From Amoebophrya sp. A120 (Eukaryota; Protista; Dinoflagellata), in NCBI GenBank assembly GCA_905178155.1, contig CAJINV010000025.1, forward strand, positions 164,453-228,452: a stretch of DNA of 64,000 nucleotides. Direction: 5' to 3'. Numbering within the stretch: position 1 is the stretch's first letter; each line of letters begins with the position of its first letter. This document shows positions 37,146 through 47,997 of the stretch, in pieces. The translations under genes and the position numbers were made by a program. The notes under the pieces were generated by a model. That model saw only the letters and a program-made list of their open reading frames with translations. It searched no databases and was not told where the DNA came from.

Positions 37146-40100
37146 ATGGGAGGCTGTCAGGGAAAGCAAGCTGGAACTTCTACCGGCTTCGCCTCTACCA
37201 GTGGAGTATCAAATGCAAATATGTCTGGGTCTGGAAGAATGCAAGTTTGTCATGCTTGTCTGGCATGGCTCTGAAATCTGTAATGCACGTTACCCAAGAG
37301 CCCCATTTTTCTGTCATGGAGAAACGCAGTTTGTCATGCAGAATAGGCAAAACCTAGAAGCTCAGAAACTTCAACTTGTCATGCTGGGCCGGCACTTGCG
37401 GCCTTCTCATGATGCGCTACCCAGCATCACAAATTTCCAGACCTAGACATATTTGCAGTTGATATGGAGCTGCTGCATCAGGTTCTTTGCCGAGCGGAGG
37501 GGGGCCGTTGGAAACGATCGTCGAAACGACAGCGGAGTTTGCCATGCAGAGCGCGCAAGAACAACCCCCAGGAGCACCAGACCGGGCGTCTCCATTTTCG
37601 TCGGATCTCCATCAGGACCGGAGCAGCGGAGCAGGTGGTATAAGGTTTTGAAGTTGATGTAGTTGCCATGCGAATATTAAATAAAACTCGAATATAGATC
37701 TGAGCTTGTCATGGGTGGTCATATGGAAGATGCGAAGGGGGAAAATGAAAAAAGTATATAAATCAAATTATATTTCAGATCTCCAGAGGTTGACCTCCGA
37801 GGCCAGTAAAAACGGTTCGCCTGCACCAGATCATGGAATGATGAACATGCGGCAAGAACCCTGCGATTATCATCAGGCAGATCCCAAGTTTCTCGACGAG
37901 TATGACGAGTACCAGTTCCGCCGCGAGCAGTATTACAATGAAAAATGCCCCCACCCCCGAACTTGAAAGCATTTGTATTGCAAATCTTTCCAAATGAAAC
38001 ATTAGCCCTCTTGCGTGTATCAGCATCATAGATTTCCGATCGTGAATAGCAAAAAATTGTATTGCAAAAGATCCCAGCAAGAGCGGTGCTTGTCATGCAA
38101 GCGATGCGAAACACGACTAGAATCTGCATCAGAAAGATTTTTACTCCTTTCATGCATGACAAAAAGCTTTCATTTGGAAACTTCGCATCACAAATTGTTG
38201 CAATTTCAGGGGTGGGGGGCATTTTTCACTGTGATAAGCAGGCTATGATGGCCGTGAAGCACAACTTGACGGACCGCTTTCTGCAAGACGAAGAGCAGCA
38301 AACTGTTTTCAACAATAGCATCAGCACGGATGACGTTGTGCTCCGCGGTGGAGCTGCCAATGTTTACTCTAGTACAGCTGGCTCAATACAACCGTCGTGC
38401 AGCTACCTGCAGCAGGGGGAATACAACCCGAAGAACCAAAATGATCAAGGTCTTACACAAGAACTACATCAGGGATCGGCAAAGACACTGTATGGGGAGC
38501 TTTTGCACAGCAGCTACAGCTACCCGAGTCCGACGGAAACTAGTGCGACAAGCGGAATCATGGTGGGTGCTGGAGGCGTATGAGAGTGCACAACCCCCCC
38601 TCCCCCTCCTTTGTGTTGCATGAACAGCAACACAAGCGCTAGCAAAGATGCAGCTTTTGCATGACAAATTCCTAGCCGGTTGTAGTGCTGTTTTGGCTTT
38701 TGGCATCTGTCATGCAAAGAGTGCTAACAGGCAGATTCTGCCTGTTAGAATGCAAATCTACCTTCTGCCGCAGAAGGTAGATTTGGGATTTTGCATGACA
38801 AATGAGGGGGAGGGGGAGTTGTGCACTGTCATAAGGCGGAAATAATAATTATAACGAGTACTACACGACGAACAGCAACAGCGCTGCAATCTACACGGGG
38901 ACGACAACTAGTCCGTATGACGGCCCAGAGGACAACTACACCGATGAACAACACGAGAATTACTTATCAAATGTAAAAGTGTCTGGGTCTGGAAGAATGC
39001 GCGATTTGTCATGCAGCTTTTCCATGACCCATGAGATCTGGAATGCAGGACCTAGCATGACAGATTCTGTGCGATCTCTCTCATGCCTATCCTGCATTAG
39101 AAACTCCCTCCCGACTTGGTCAAAACTGGACGACGTTGGCAATCTGCCTAGTCGCCCCTAGGTAGGTGCAGGAAAAGGAATTTTCTGTGTGGGCTTTTTG
39201 TGCTTAATTATTCCAACAGGGGCTGCGTCTTTTTTTTCTGCCTTGCCAGCAGAGGTGTATAGAAGATGGGGGGGCATTGACGGAAGTGGTGCGAGACCTT
39301 GGAGACGGAGCAGGCGACAAGAGCGGAAATGCTACAAATCAAAAAAAAAGCTCGCATACACGCGCACTGTTTAACTGTGTGAAAGGTGTCGGCCCTGATT
39401 GACCTGCTGCGGCAGGCAGGTGAATTCGTAGAAGTGCTTCACATGTTAAGTAACGCCCACCGGCCTCCTAGATTAGTGATGAATTTATATGCGAAAAACA
39501 GAAGAGAGGGGCCCAATCAAAAAAAAAAAATCATGCAACACAGATTTTTGCATGTTTCAGATTTAGCATGAGAAGTTGCATCGTTCCAGACCCAGACATT
39601 TTTACATTTGATATTACTTAAACCACAGCAAAAATAAACCCTACACCAGCAAAACGAGTAGCTACTTCTACAACAACGACCCCCGAGATGAAAGCAACAC
39701 CTGCAAGATGAACTACAGTGTAGCTACCAACAACGCGGATCGACATGGTGAAGCCCCCGCGGCGGGGGCAAAAATCGCATTAGCAGAAGACAATTCTTAT
39801 GCATTGCAAAAGCATCGTACTCGTATTGCAATCATGCATTACAAATCCCTTTGCTAAGGAAAATCCGCATTACAAATTTTTTTTTCTGAGGCTGAGGAAA
39901 TTTGTAATGCATTTATACGAGTACGATACTTTTGCAGTTCATGATTCTCGCTCAGCGGTGGAGGCCGAGAAGAAATGCTCTGTGACCAACGCTATGCAGT
40001 GCAGATACGTCTGGGTCTGGAAGGATGCAACTTGTCATGCTAATTCTGGATACTGCAAAAATCTGTGTTGCATGATTGCCAAAAGCTGCTCACTTTTGAC

Positions 40101-42042
40101 CAAGCTGAGAGGGGGTTTCTCATGCAGCCGAGGCATGATAGAGGTCGGACAGAATCTGTCATGCTGGGTCATGTATGACAGACCTCACGCGTCATGGAAA
40201 ACCCGCATGACAAGTCTGCCAACTTTCCAGACCCAGATGACATGTTTGCATTTGATAAACGCTTTGCTCGCATTGCTTGAAGAGGAAGATGAGCAATACC
40301 AGGTGCAGCATGCCCAGACGGAACGCGAACGGCGGAAAATAAGCGAGTCCTCGGGCATGAAAAGCCAGTATGTGCAAGCGCGACCATTTGAGAACGGCGG
40401 GGTCGTGCGGAGAGGTACAATGAAATTACTAAATGAAAATTTTGAAAAATTGATAAATGCTGGCGAGTGATGAAGATATTCACATGCGCGATAACCCGGC
40501 TCATCGAATGAACACATGCACGCTTATAGCATCACACTCCTGACTGTTCTTCACATGCGTTGTATAATGTCGAAACCAGCAGGTCCCTACATCGATAATA
40601 TCAATATGGACGACACAGTGGACAGCTACCTGGACAATTCTCCAGCAGTATGAGAGTGCACAACTTCCCCTCCCCCACATCTGTCATGCAAAATGCATTG
40701 CGTCAGCACAGCACTTCCGTTGCTGCAGAAGATGCCATTTCAATGAGGGGGAGGGGGAGTTGTGCACTCTGATAAGCAGATGCCACCATCGATGAAAGCT
40801 TCGTTGCCCCGGACAACAGCGCTGCGTATCCTATGTAAAAACGTCCCCACCCCCTAGTTCGTAGCCACATAGCATATGCTTTCTCTTCCCGTCGTAGTTC
40901 GTTCTCCTCTTGTTTCCTTTTGTGAAAATTTGAAAATTCTCTGTGCTTTAAGTTGGTCTTTTCCAGTACATAAACACCCCCTAGTTGTATATGCAAATCT
41001 GCATGCTCAGAATGTGTGTCATGCGGAGCAGCCCCATGAGAAGCATTTTCTTGTTGTGTTTTGGAATTTGTCATGCTCCAATCAGCATAATATGTAGTGA
41101 GGTCACCGAACGGTTCTAACCGGGGAGTTTTTTTGACATATACCCTGAAAAACGACCGGCAGTTTTCAAGCGGCCGGAAGCGTTTTTTGACATAAAAGAT
41201 TTTCAATTATCAAGCGGACGGGGCTTTGCCGTCAAACAAGCCCGGTCGAAAACTATCGACTCGCACTTGATAAAACGACGCAGGGGAGCTGGCAAAAGGG
41301 GCGCCCTTCTGAGGCGCCCACCGCCTTAGTTTCTGGCGATTTGGGGCGTCCAAAAAGGGGCGCGCAAAAAACGCGCCCAAAATCAGAACAGCGAAACAGC
41401 ATGGCACGGCCGCGATTTCGGAGCATTTTGGGCGGCCGCGAAAGCGGCCGCCTTTTCGCCGGTTTCAGAGCCTGGGAAGCTTTGCAAAAAGCGCCGGCGT
41501 GAAAAATAAAAACGCGAAAAAGAAAAAGCGGCCCGCACGCGCAAAGCCAATCCGCATGCTACGGGCCCGATTTTTCTTCGCTTTTTGGGCGCCCCCCGCG
41601 GCACCTGGATCGGCCCCTTAGCATGGGGGCTGGCTTTCGGAAAGGGATTTCAGGAATTTGCCAAAATTTGCGACGTTTCCCAAGTGGCCGCCATACCGTG
41701 CGGCATAACGTTCCTCACGGTGGTATGGCGAGCCCATAAAAAGCAAAGCCGCAGCCAAGGCGGCGGTCGGCAAAAAAACGCCCACGACCTCACTACCCCC
41801 GCCCCGGCGGCTATATTTGGTAGGCTTGGCCTGTAATGCTTATGCACGAGCTAAAGAGTAGAGGATTACACTACGAGGCCAAACTTTTCATTCGCATTAC
41901 AACCAAAGCTTGTGGATTTGTCTAGCAAAATTTCCATTTTCTTAGCGCTATAGGGCTATGGGCTGGGGACGTTTTTTCTCAGGACACTGCGAGAGGGTTA
42001 TTCAACTGTGGCGCGTGCCTGTTGAAGCGCATAGGGGAGTGA
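37146..42042 (+). CDS. Low-complexity hypothetical protein with an N-terminal MGGCQGK (myristoylation/palmitoylation-like) motif
   Basis: Frame kept across 8 introners and a GT-AG intron at about 37634-37779. Junction 40466-40583 less certain. Stop TGA at 42040-42042. Confidence 0.6.
37207..37464. mobile_element. Introner, family A
   Basis: Family TIRs; DR tggag/tggag. Confidence 0.92.
37931..38236. mobile_element. Introner, family F
   Basis: Family TIRs; DR agcag/agcag; homologous to 669-979. Confidence 0.92.
38579..38833. mobile_element. Introner, family B
   Basis: Family TIRs; DR aggcg/aggcg. Confidence 0.92.
38965..39613. mobile_element. Introner, family A, with nested poly(A) element
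   Basis: Family TIRs 649 bp apart; DR ttact/ttact. Confidence 0.92.
39145..39530 (+). mobile_element. Poly(A)-tailed SINE/LINE-3'-end-like element nested in introner 38965-39613
   Basis: Interrupts family-A internal sequence and ends GGGCCCAATC-A12. Its 3' ~230 bp are homologous to 47639-47869. Confidence 0.75.
39798..39943. mobile_element. Introner, family C
   Basis: Family TIRs (3' end ATG); DR attct/attct. Confidence 0.9.
39993..40257. mobile_element. Introner, family A
   Basis: Family TIRs; DR aacgc/aacgc. Confidence 0.92.
40649..40774. mobile_element. Introner, family B, internally deleted (126 bp)
   Basis: Family TIRs; DR agcag/agcag. Confidence 0.9.
40827..41986. mobile_element. 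Giant introner, family D, with nested Helentron-like element
   Basis: Family TIRs 1160 bp apart; DR ctgcg/ctgcg. Confidence 0.88.
41091..41822 (+). mobile_element. Non-autonomous Helentron/Helitron2-like element, copy 2, nested in introner 40827-41986
   Basis: Same termini and a similar first ~270 bp as 29115-29923. Splits family-D internal sequence. Confidence 0.7.
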
Positions 42043-42861
42043 GTTGTAAAGATTTGAAGACGTGGCAAGAACGATGAATCTGAATGTAAATCCAAGTTGT
42101 AGAGGATAAATCCAACTCCAAGTAGAGGACGTCGTCTCTTTCGTACGAGAATACAGAAGATACCAAGAACGCCATGAAATGCGCACACCATCCTCGCTGA
42201 GTACTTTGATACACAATTCACGACGACAAACAAATTCTTCCCGCGGTGGCATTTCCTCCTGTCATCAACAACTGGATGGTGATAACGATATTGCAGCTGC
42301 TCCGACTCCTTTACTCTGAATCTGAACACGCGTTTGAAATTTCGTCGTTGCGTTCGCCGCAATGAGTAATACTCATGCACTTCCCGTGAGTTGATGTGAG
42401 GTGGCGGTGCACGACGTGCAAAAAAAAGAACAACAGTGGGAGATGATTGAAGATGATGTTTCATCAGAAGCAAAGAAAGCAAAGCGGAAGTTGTTGTACT
42501 TCATATGAAGGAAGAGTGGACGACGCGACGAGAGATTCAAATAATTGAGAAACAAGATCCGCATTTGTATAAAGTTGTACCGATGAACTAGAGGTAGCGA
42601 CAAACGTGTTGGCGTTGCGATGTGATATACTACCTTTTTGTGTCGTGTACTAAAAATGACCCGTTCATTCTAGTCGTAGTTCTAGCTGCATTCGCCTTGA
42701 AAATGAAGACCGATTGAATTGCTACTTACACTCCTCTCTACTTGCCGGCGAGATTTCGTCCGAAGCAGAGGCATATCATAAACTTGTGTATACATAGGTA
42801 GAAGTACAATTTCAGACTCTACAGAAGTAAATACGATTAAGCTACAAAAATCTTTGAAAAA

Positions 42862-45800
42862 ATGGTGATTCTGCACGTGAAGAAGGGTGAGGCAAAAAAC
42901 GAGTTTCTGCAGGATGTTCTCACCTTACGAGAGAGCACAACTCCCCCTTCCCCTCATTTTTATGTTGGTATGAACAGCAATACAACCACCAGCACACGTA
43001 GGGCCTTCGCACAACAAGTTCGCGTGCCTACTAGCGTAGTACTGTTCGGGCTTCCAGAATCTGTCATGCAAATAGTGCCACAAGGTGGCTGCACATGGAT
43101 TTGGGATTTTGCATTACACATGACGGCGAGGGGGAGTTGTGGACTCTCATACACCTCCGAAACCGTTGACCAAGTCCTGAAAAAAACCGTGGAGCTGCAC
43201 AACATTCGGCTGTATCAAATGCAAATATGTCTGGGTCTGGAACAAGGATGTAGCTTGTAATGCCGCATTTGGATTCTAAAAATATCTGTATTGCAGGAGC
43301 AGCAGAAGAGGTGCATTTTTTGCTACACGGAGGGGGTATTTGTCGTGCAGTATGGCGGGCATCACAAAGCCGTCACAATAGCTGTGATGCTAGTACATGC
43401 ATCACAGACATCGCCGGTGATGCAAAATGTGCATGACAAACTCCCAGACCCAGACATATTTGCAGTTTATAGGCTGAAAGTCTTGCGACTCGCTGTCTCT
43501 TATTCATTGCAAAATTTCTGTCGTACTAATTTCTGTAGAAGTGAGTCATGGCAAATCATATGACATGGTCTGGTTTCAAGTTCACGCAGTTTGTCATGCT
43601 GATCTCGCTTTGGGATTTGCATTTGTCATTTCATTACTGAAATTAGTACGGTAGAAGTTTTGCACCGGATGCGTCTCTGCGCGAATTGGGGAAGCACGGA
43701 CCCCTCCGGCCCGAAGAAACCAGGGGACTGATATCAAATGCAAATATGTCTGGGTCTGGGAGATTGCGAGATTTGTCATGCTAATCTGGCATGACTCTGA
43801 ACTCTGTATTGTGTGCCGCGAAGAGCTCCTCTTCCCTGTCATGCAAGAAAACAGTTTCTCATGCGGAATACGCAGCTCAGAACCACGAAAAAAACTTGTC
43901 ATGCTTGGCAGCGCATTACAGTGAGCTCACTATAATTTTTTCCTTCCTTGCATCACAAGTTTCCAGACCCAGACACAAGTATTTGCATTCGATAACTGAG
44001 CGAAGACACCAACTTTCCGCTCGACGTGAATGCGTATGGCACACCAACCAATCCAGATGAGCACGGGTACAACTTCATACGAATTTAAGTAGATTTATTT
44101 GTCATGCAAGCAGCAAAGGTTTTTTCTTTCTTTTGCCGCTGCTGTGATCAGTATTTTCGATCTATTTTTCCACTTGGTGTTTCAGTTTCTGATCTGTATC
44201 TGATCCCACCTACAGGTTCCGCACCGGTTGCCCGCCACCTGGCGAGGTAGGCGAAGTGCTGATTCGCACCGCGAATGAGTCCGAGCAGGCCGTTGCCCAC
44301 ACCCTGGTACAGCAACGAAAGAATCTTACAAAAGAGATTTGCGAGGAGTGTCTGGCCCAGATGCGATATCGTACGTAGAAGTAGCGATATCATGTACGAC
44401 TACTACTCAAGATCAAGTACAAGTGGCTGGTGTACTAGAAAATCCGAAATGTGGCAAGTGAATTAATTTCCTTGCGCTGTCAACATACTCATGCCGTGTA
44501 GTGTCTATGACGTCGCTTTATTTCATGATGTCGCTTTTTCCTACTATATCCCCGGCGCGGTCATGATCGCTTACCCGGCGTTCCACAAGCTACCGTTCTT
44601 CGATTATGGAAGTGAGCTGGAGTGAAGTTTGTCATCAGGCGGTATTTCGCATGAGAAACCTGGTTTCTGATAATTCAAAACTCGCATGACAAAGTTCTTA
44701 TTCGATTTCAGCTCCATATCATCCCCGTGCGGTTGGAACTGGAAGACAAGGAAGAATTGGATGGACAGTACTTCTAATATTACAAGGTTTGATCATTTGA
44801 TTTGTCATGTGTCTTGTGCATGATGAGGAGGTCTTGTCATGCGGCCGTGCTATGTAAGGATACGTGAACGTGAGTGGTATATTTTTCTTTCTTCCTAATG
44901 CTAAATCCGCATCACAGGTCCGAGCTTCAAGACGTCCTGGACATTCCGCAGGCAACGATGTGGTTCGCTGGGAAGGAACTATCCTTTGCAAAGCTATCGT
45001 ACTCCTGGTACAAATTCATCTTGCAGCCGCGCATTACAAATCTCAATCTCAACATAAATCCGCATCACAAATTTACATTTCTGATGCTGAAGAAATTTGT
45101 CATGCGGTTCTTGCACTAGAGGTACGATATTGCTTTTGCAATGCATAGGAACTCGTGGTCGGCAAGCTCCTCTCCGACTACGTGGGCAAGTATCCTCAGC
45201 AAAAGCATCGTAGCGGTGGTAGTTGCAAGACTGCATGACAGATCTCGTATCTATAGATGAATCAGCAACAGAAATTTCCTTTCTGCTTTCGAACGAGATT
45301 GTCATGCAATTTATCAATCCCACGGTCGTGCTTTTGCAATGCATAGCCGGAACGAAAAAACCAAGATCGTGATCAAACTGCAGACCAAGGCTGCGTACCA
45401 AATGCAAAAATGTTTGGGTCTGGAATAAAAGGTGGAGCCTGTATTGCGTTGCTTGCATGGTTGCAAAATCTGTATTGCGCCAGCGCCACGACTAAAAACG
45501 AAAAGCGCGGTGACCTTTTTTTGTCATGAGAAAATGTAGCGCATCACCTTCACAATCACAAGCCTTCAAGTTGTATTCAGCGGACCCAGATCGATATTTG
45601 CGATGCATACTTCGGGCGCCCCGGTGCGCGAGCCGAGGGTGGACGAAAACACGCACAAGGCCATGCTGAGCTACTACTACAAGAAGCAAGAGTATGGGGG
45701 TGTCAGAATCGAAATCGACAAAGTTGAATATTTATAATCAGTCATGCATAAAATGCGACGCAAAAAGTGACTCTATTGCAGAGGACGCTAGGGAGGCAGA

Positions 45801-47997
45801 TTGTAGTCCTGCTAAGGTTCAAGAATTGGGGTGGTGACTAGCATGACAGATGCGAGCTTTTTTGCCCTGAACAGCACGACAAACTGGCTTCCGATACCGG
45901 CAAAATTTGTCATGCGCCGCCTAGAAACTGTGGGTCCAACTGGTATGGATTTTCTACATTACAAGTTGAAGTTTTTCAGCTTTGTCGATTTCGATCCTGA
46001 CGCTCCCATAGAGAGGAGGCGAAAAGACTAGCGGAAGACGAGGACGACAGTTACCTGGAAAGCAACTGGGCGGTATTGTTCGGAAAAATCTCCCCTCCCC
46101 GTATCGAAAAGGAAATTTGTGATGCTGGATTTGCGTACACAGATCGCCTTGCATTGCTAAAAGGCCAAGAACAAACGCAGTCGTGACCTGAATTGCAGGC
46201 GATTTGTCATGCTGTTTCCCACTTCGAGTCGCCTCGTGTCATGCGGAAGATGAAAGGCTTTCCCACGCCTGCCAGAACTACAGTCCGCATCATCTCCTGC
46301 CTTCCAGCATGACAACATGAGTTGCGGTAGCAAATCATGCTACACAAATCTTTTTTCCGTAGCCATTTTGGCTCAAGTTTTTTTTTCCGCGAAGGGAAGA
46401 AGTACTTGCAGTACAGATTCGCTGCACTCGTCCGGGGAGCGACGTGTGCTGCGGTTTCGATCTCTATCCTTGCCCTCGGTCGCCTCCCTTCGCCCCCCGA
46501 AGGAGAGGTTCACTTGGTAGAAATCTAACCCTGATGCCTTACACCTCCCGCCGCTAGGATGGACGATTTAGTCCTCGTCTACGATAAAGACACCCCCGAG
46601 GCGGGGCAGTTCGCGCTGAACCTGTACGACCACGCGAAAAAATGGATCGGGTTTTCGGTGCAGGAGCCGAAGCCGACCGAGCGCACCTCGTTCACGGTGA
46701 ACGGCGCCAGCATGGGGATCATCATCACCAAAGACGTGTTCAAGTCGGAGTTCGTCACGGACGCGCTGGAGCTGATGGTGGCGGCCAAGAAGCCCTGCCT
46801 GCTGATCCACCACATCGCGGGCAAGACCAACGTGGAGGACGAGATCATGCAGTGCGAGAACGACGACTACCTGCGGTACATCCGCAAGGCGCAGACCTGC
46901 ATCTACACCTTTGACCTGGCGGACCAGTGCCAGGACCACATGATCACGCTGCTGGAGTTCAAGTCCGCGGACAGCAAGAAGGAGCTCCAGAAGCAGGCCG
47001 TCCTCCGGCTCGAGGAGACCCGGGCGGACGTGCTCTTGTTTTCCTCGCGCGTCGCCAAGGGCCGGCTGAACGCCGCGGTGCACAGGAGGTACGACTTCTG
47101 CCTCACCTGCGCGGTGGAGGACCCCCCGGTGGCCGAGGACGTGCTGAATAAGGTCTACGACATCATGAGCCGGTACGCGCCGGCGCTGCAGGTCGCGCGC
47201 AACCAGGGCGACAAGGCGGTCACCAACGTGCAGCAGCGCACCGCGAACATCCGCGACTCCTTCAACCTGGTCGTCTTCGCCACGAGGAATTGCTTCGCCA
47301 CCGACGAGAACGGGAAGGGCAGCGCGGTGGTCGAGGAGGTGAAGGCCGCGCTGGAATCCGAGCTGCAGGTGTGCATCATCCAGCACCTGTCCCAGTGTCC
47401 GGACATCGACGCGGAGATCGAGATATCGAATGCAAAAATGTGTGGGTCTGGAAGAGCCAAACTTGTGATGCTGCATTTGGATGCTAAAAAGACCTGTATT
47501 GCATGACAAGCAAGAGGATTCAAATTTGGCTACGCGGAGAGGGCATTTGTCATGCTGGAAGCGCATAGATAAGCGCTCAGAAAATCTGTGATGCTGTGGC
47601 ATACATCACAGACAGCATGGATCATGGAGAATTTGCATGGTGACGAAGCAGACGACAAGCGCGGGAATGGTACAAATCAAAAAAAAAAATGGCATAAACG
47701 TGCTCTGCTTAACTGTGTGAAAGGTGTCGGCCCTGTGTAACCTGCTGCGGCAGGCAGGTGAATTCGTAGAACTGCATCACATGTTAGGCAACATCCACCG
47801 GCCTCCTAGCTCAGTGATGAATTTATATGCGTAAACAGAGCGGGGCCCAATGAAAAAAAAAAAAAAAAACATGCTACACAAATCTCCGTTTCAGTATGGG
47901 GAGGGGGGAGTTTTCATTTTGATTGGCGGACAGCAAGGCTTTGAAGAAGCACCTGGTTGGCGGCGGGCGGCCGATCGGGTTCCGGGGGCTGAACTAG
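42862..47997 (+). CDS. CFAP298: Cilia- and flagella-associated protein 298 (C21orf59/Kurly/FBB18), 286 aa, 14 exons
   Basis: Exons 42862-42925, 43157-43212, 43477-43500, 43677-43731, 44000-44066, 44216-44366, 44554-44604, 44724-44767, 44918-44979, 45153-45190, 45351-45395, 45615-45692, 46016-46073, 47930-47997 total 861 nt. They read MVILHVKKG...RLKVLRL...KHGPLRPE...RGAVMIAYP...WFAGKEL...LSDYVGKNEKTKI...GAPVREP...DDSYLESNWADSKALKKH, matching CFAP298 family motifs. Confidence 0.93.
42926..43151. mobile_element. Introner, family B
   Basis: Family TIRs; DR cacct/cacct. Confidence 0.92.
43213..43471. mobile_element. Introner, family A
   Basis: Family TIRs; DR ggctg/ggctg. Confidence 0.92.
43501..43671. 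mobile_element. Introner, family C variant
   Basis: TIR TGCAAAA.TTCT..CGTACTAATTTC; DR tctct/cgtct. Confidence 0.85.
43732..43994. mobile_element. Introner, family A
   Basis: Family TIRs; DR actga/actga. Confidence 0.92.
44367..44548. mobile_element. Introner, family J (degenerate)
   Basis: AGCGATATCATG/CATGATGTCGCT inverted pair; DR decayed; element+5 removal gives conserved MRGAVMI. Confidence 0.78.
44605..44718. mobile_element. Short introner (114 bp)
   Basis: TATGGA...TCCATA ends; DR tcgat/tcatc; removal gives FDPVRLE. Confidence 0.78.
44980..45147. mobile_element. Introner, family C
   Basis: Family TIRs; DR ggaac/ggaac. Confidence 0.92.
45191..45345. mobile_element. Introner, family C variant
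   Basis: DR gcaag/gccgg; removal gives YVGKNEKTK. Confidence 0.85.
45396..45609. mobile_element. Introner, family A (degenerate)
   Basis: Family TIRs; DR ctgcg/cttcg. Confidence 0.87.
45693..46010. mobile_element. Introner, family K
   Basis: TIR TATGGG.G.GTCAG.ATCGAAATCGACAAAG; DR aagag/gagag. Confidence 0.9.
46356..46377 (+). other. Dinoflagellate spliced leader (DinoSL) relic
   Basis: TCCGTAGCCATTTTGGCTCAAG is an exact 22-nt match to DCCGTAGCCATTTTGGCTCAAG. It is followed by a UTR and CDS rather than the GT-starting SL-RNA intron. Confidence 0.95.
46559..47423 (+). pseudogene. 3'-truncated retrocopy CDS encoding two tandem TIR-like (Toll/IL-1R) domains, nested in the last CFAP298 intron
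   Basis: Intron-free 865-nt GC3-rich ORF downstream of a spliced leader. Second repeat YDFCLTC...IRDSFNLVVFATRNCF...VVEEVKAALESELQVCIIQH resembles TIR_2. Runs into a half introner at 47424. Confidence 0.65.

Larger units (their letters stand above)
46352..47869 (+). mobile_element. Chimeric retro-insertion (SL-mRNA + half introner + poly(A) retro-element 3' end)
   Basis: Flanked by the exact 16-bp duplication CATGCTACACAAATCT (46336-46351 and 47870-47885). Ends in A17 (47853-47869). Confidence 0.88.
46074..47924. mobile_element. Giant introner, family E, hosting the SL retro-insertion
   Basis: Family-E TIRs 1851 bp apart; DR ggcgg/ggcgg; removal gives SNWA/DSKALKKH. Confidence 0.92.

Noticed and set aside
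46356-46420. SL RNA gene
   Set aside because: The leader is followed by a T-run, UTR and CDS instead of a GT donor, and it lies within a TSD-flanked poly(A) insert.
46568-47602. 344-aa minus-strand ORF
   Set aside because: Antisense shadow of the GC3-rich + strand ORF. The spliced leader and poly(A) define the + strand.
47424-47924. Hybrid introner with a family-A left end and family-E right end
   Set aside because: The E right end pairs with the E left end at 46074 (DR ggcgg). The A half belongs to the nested retro-insert.
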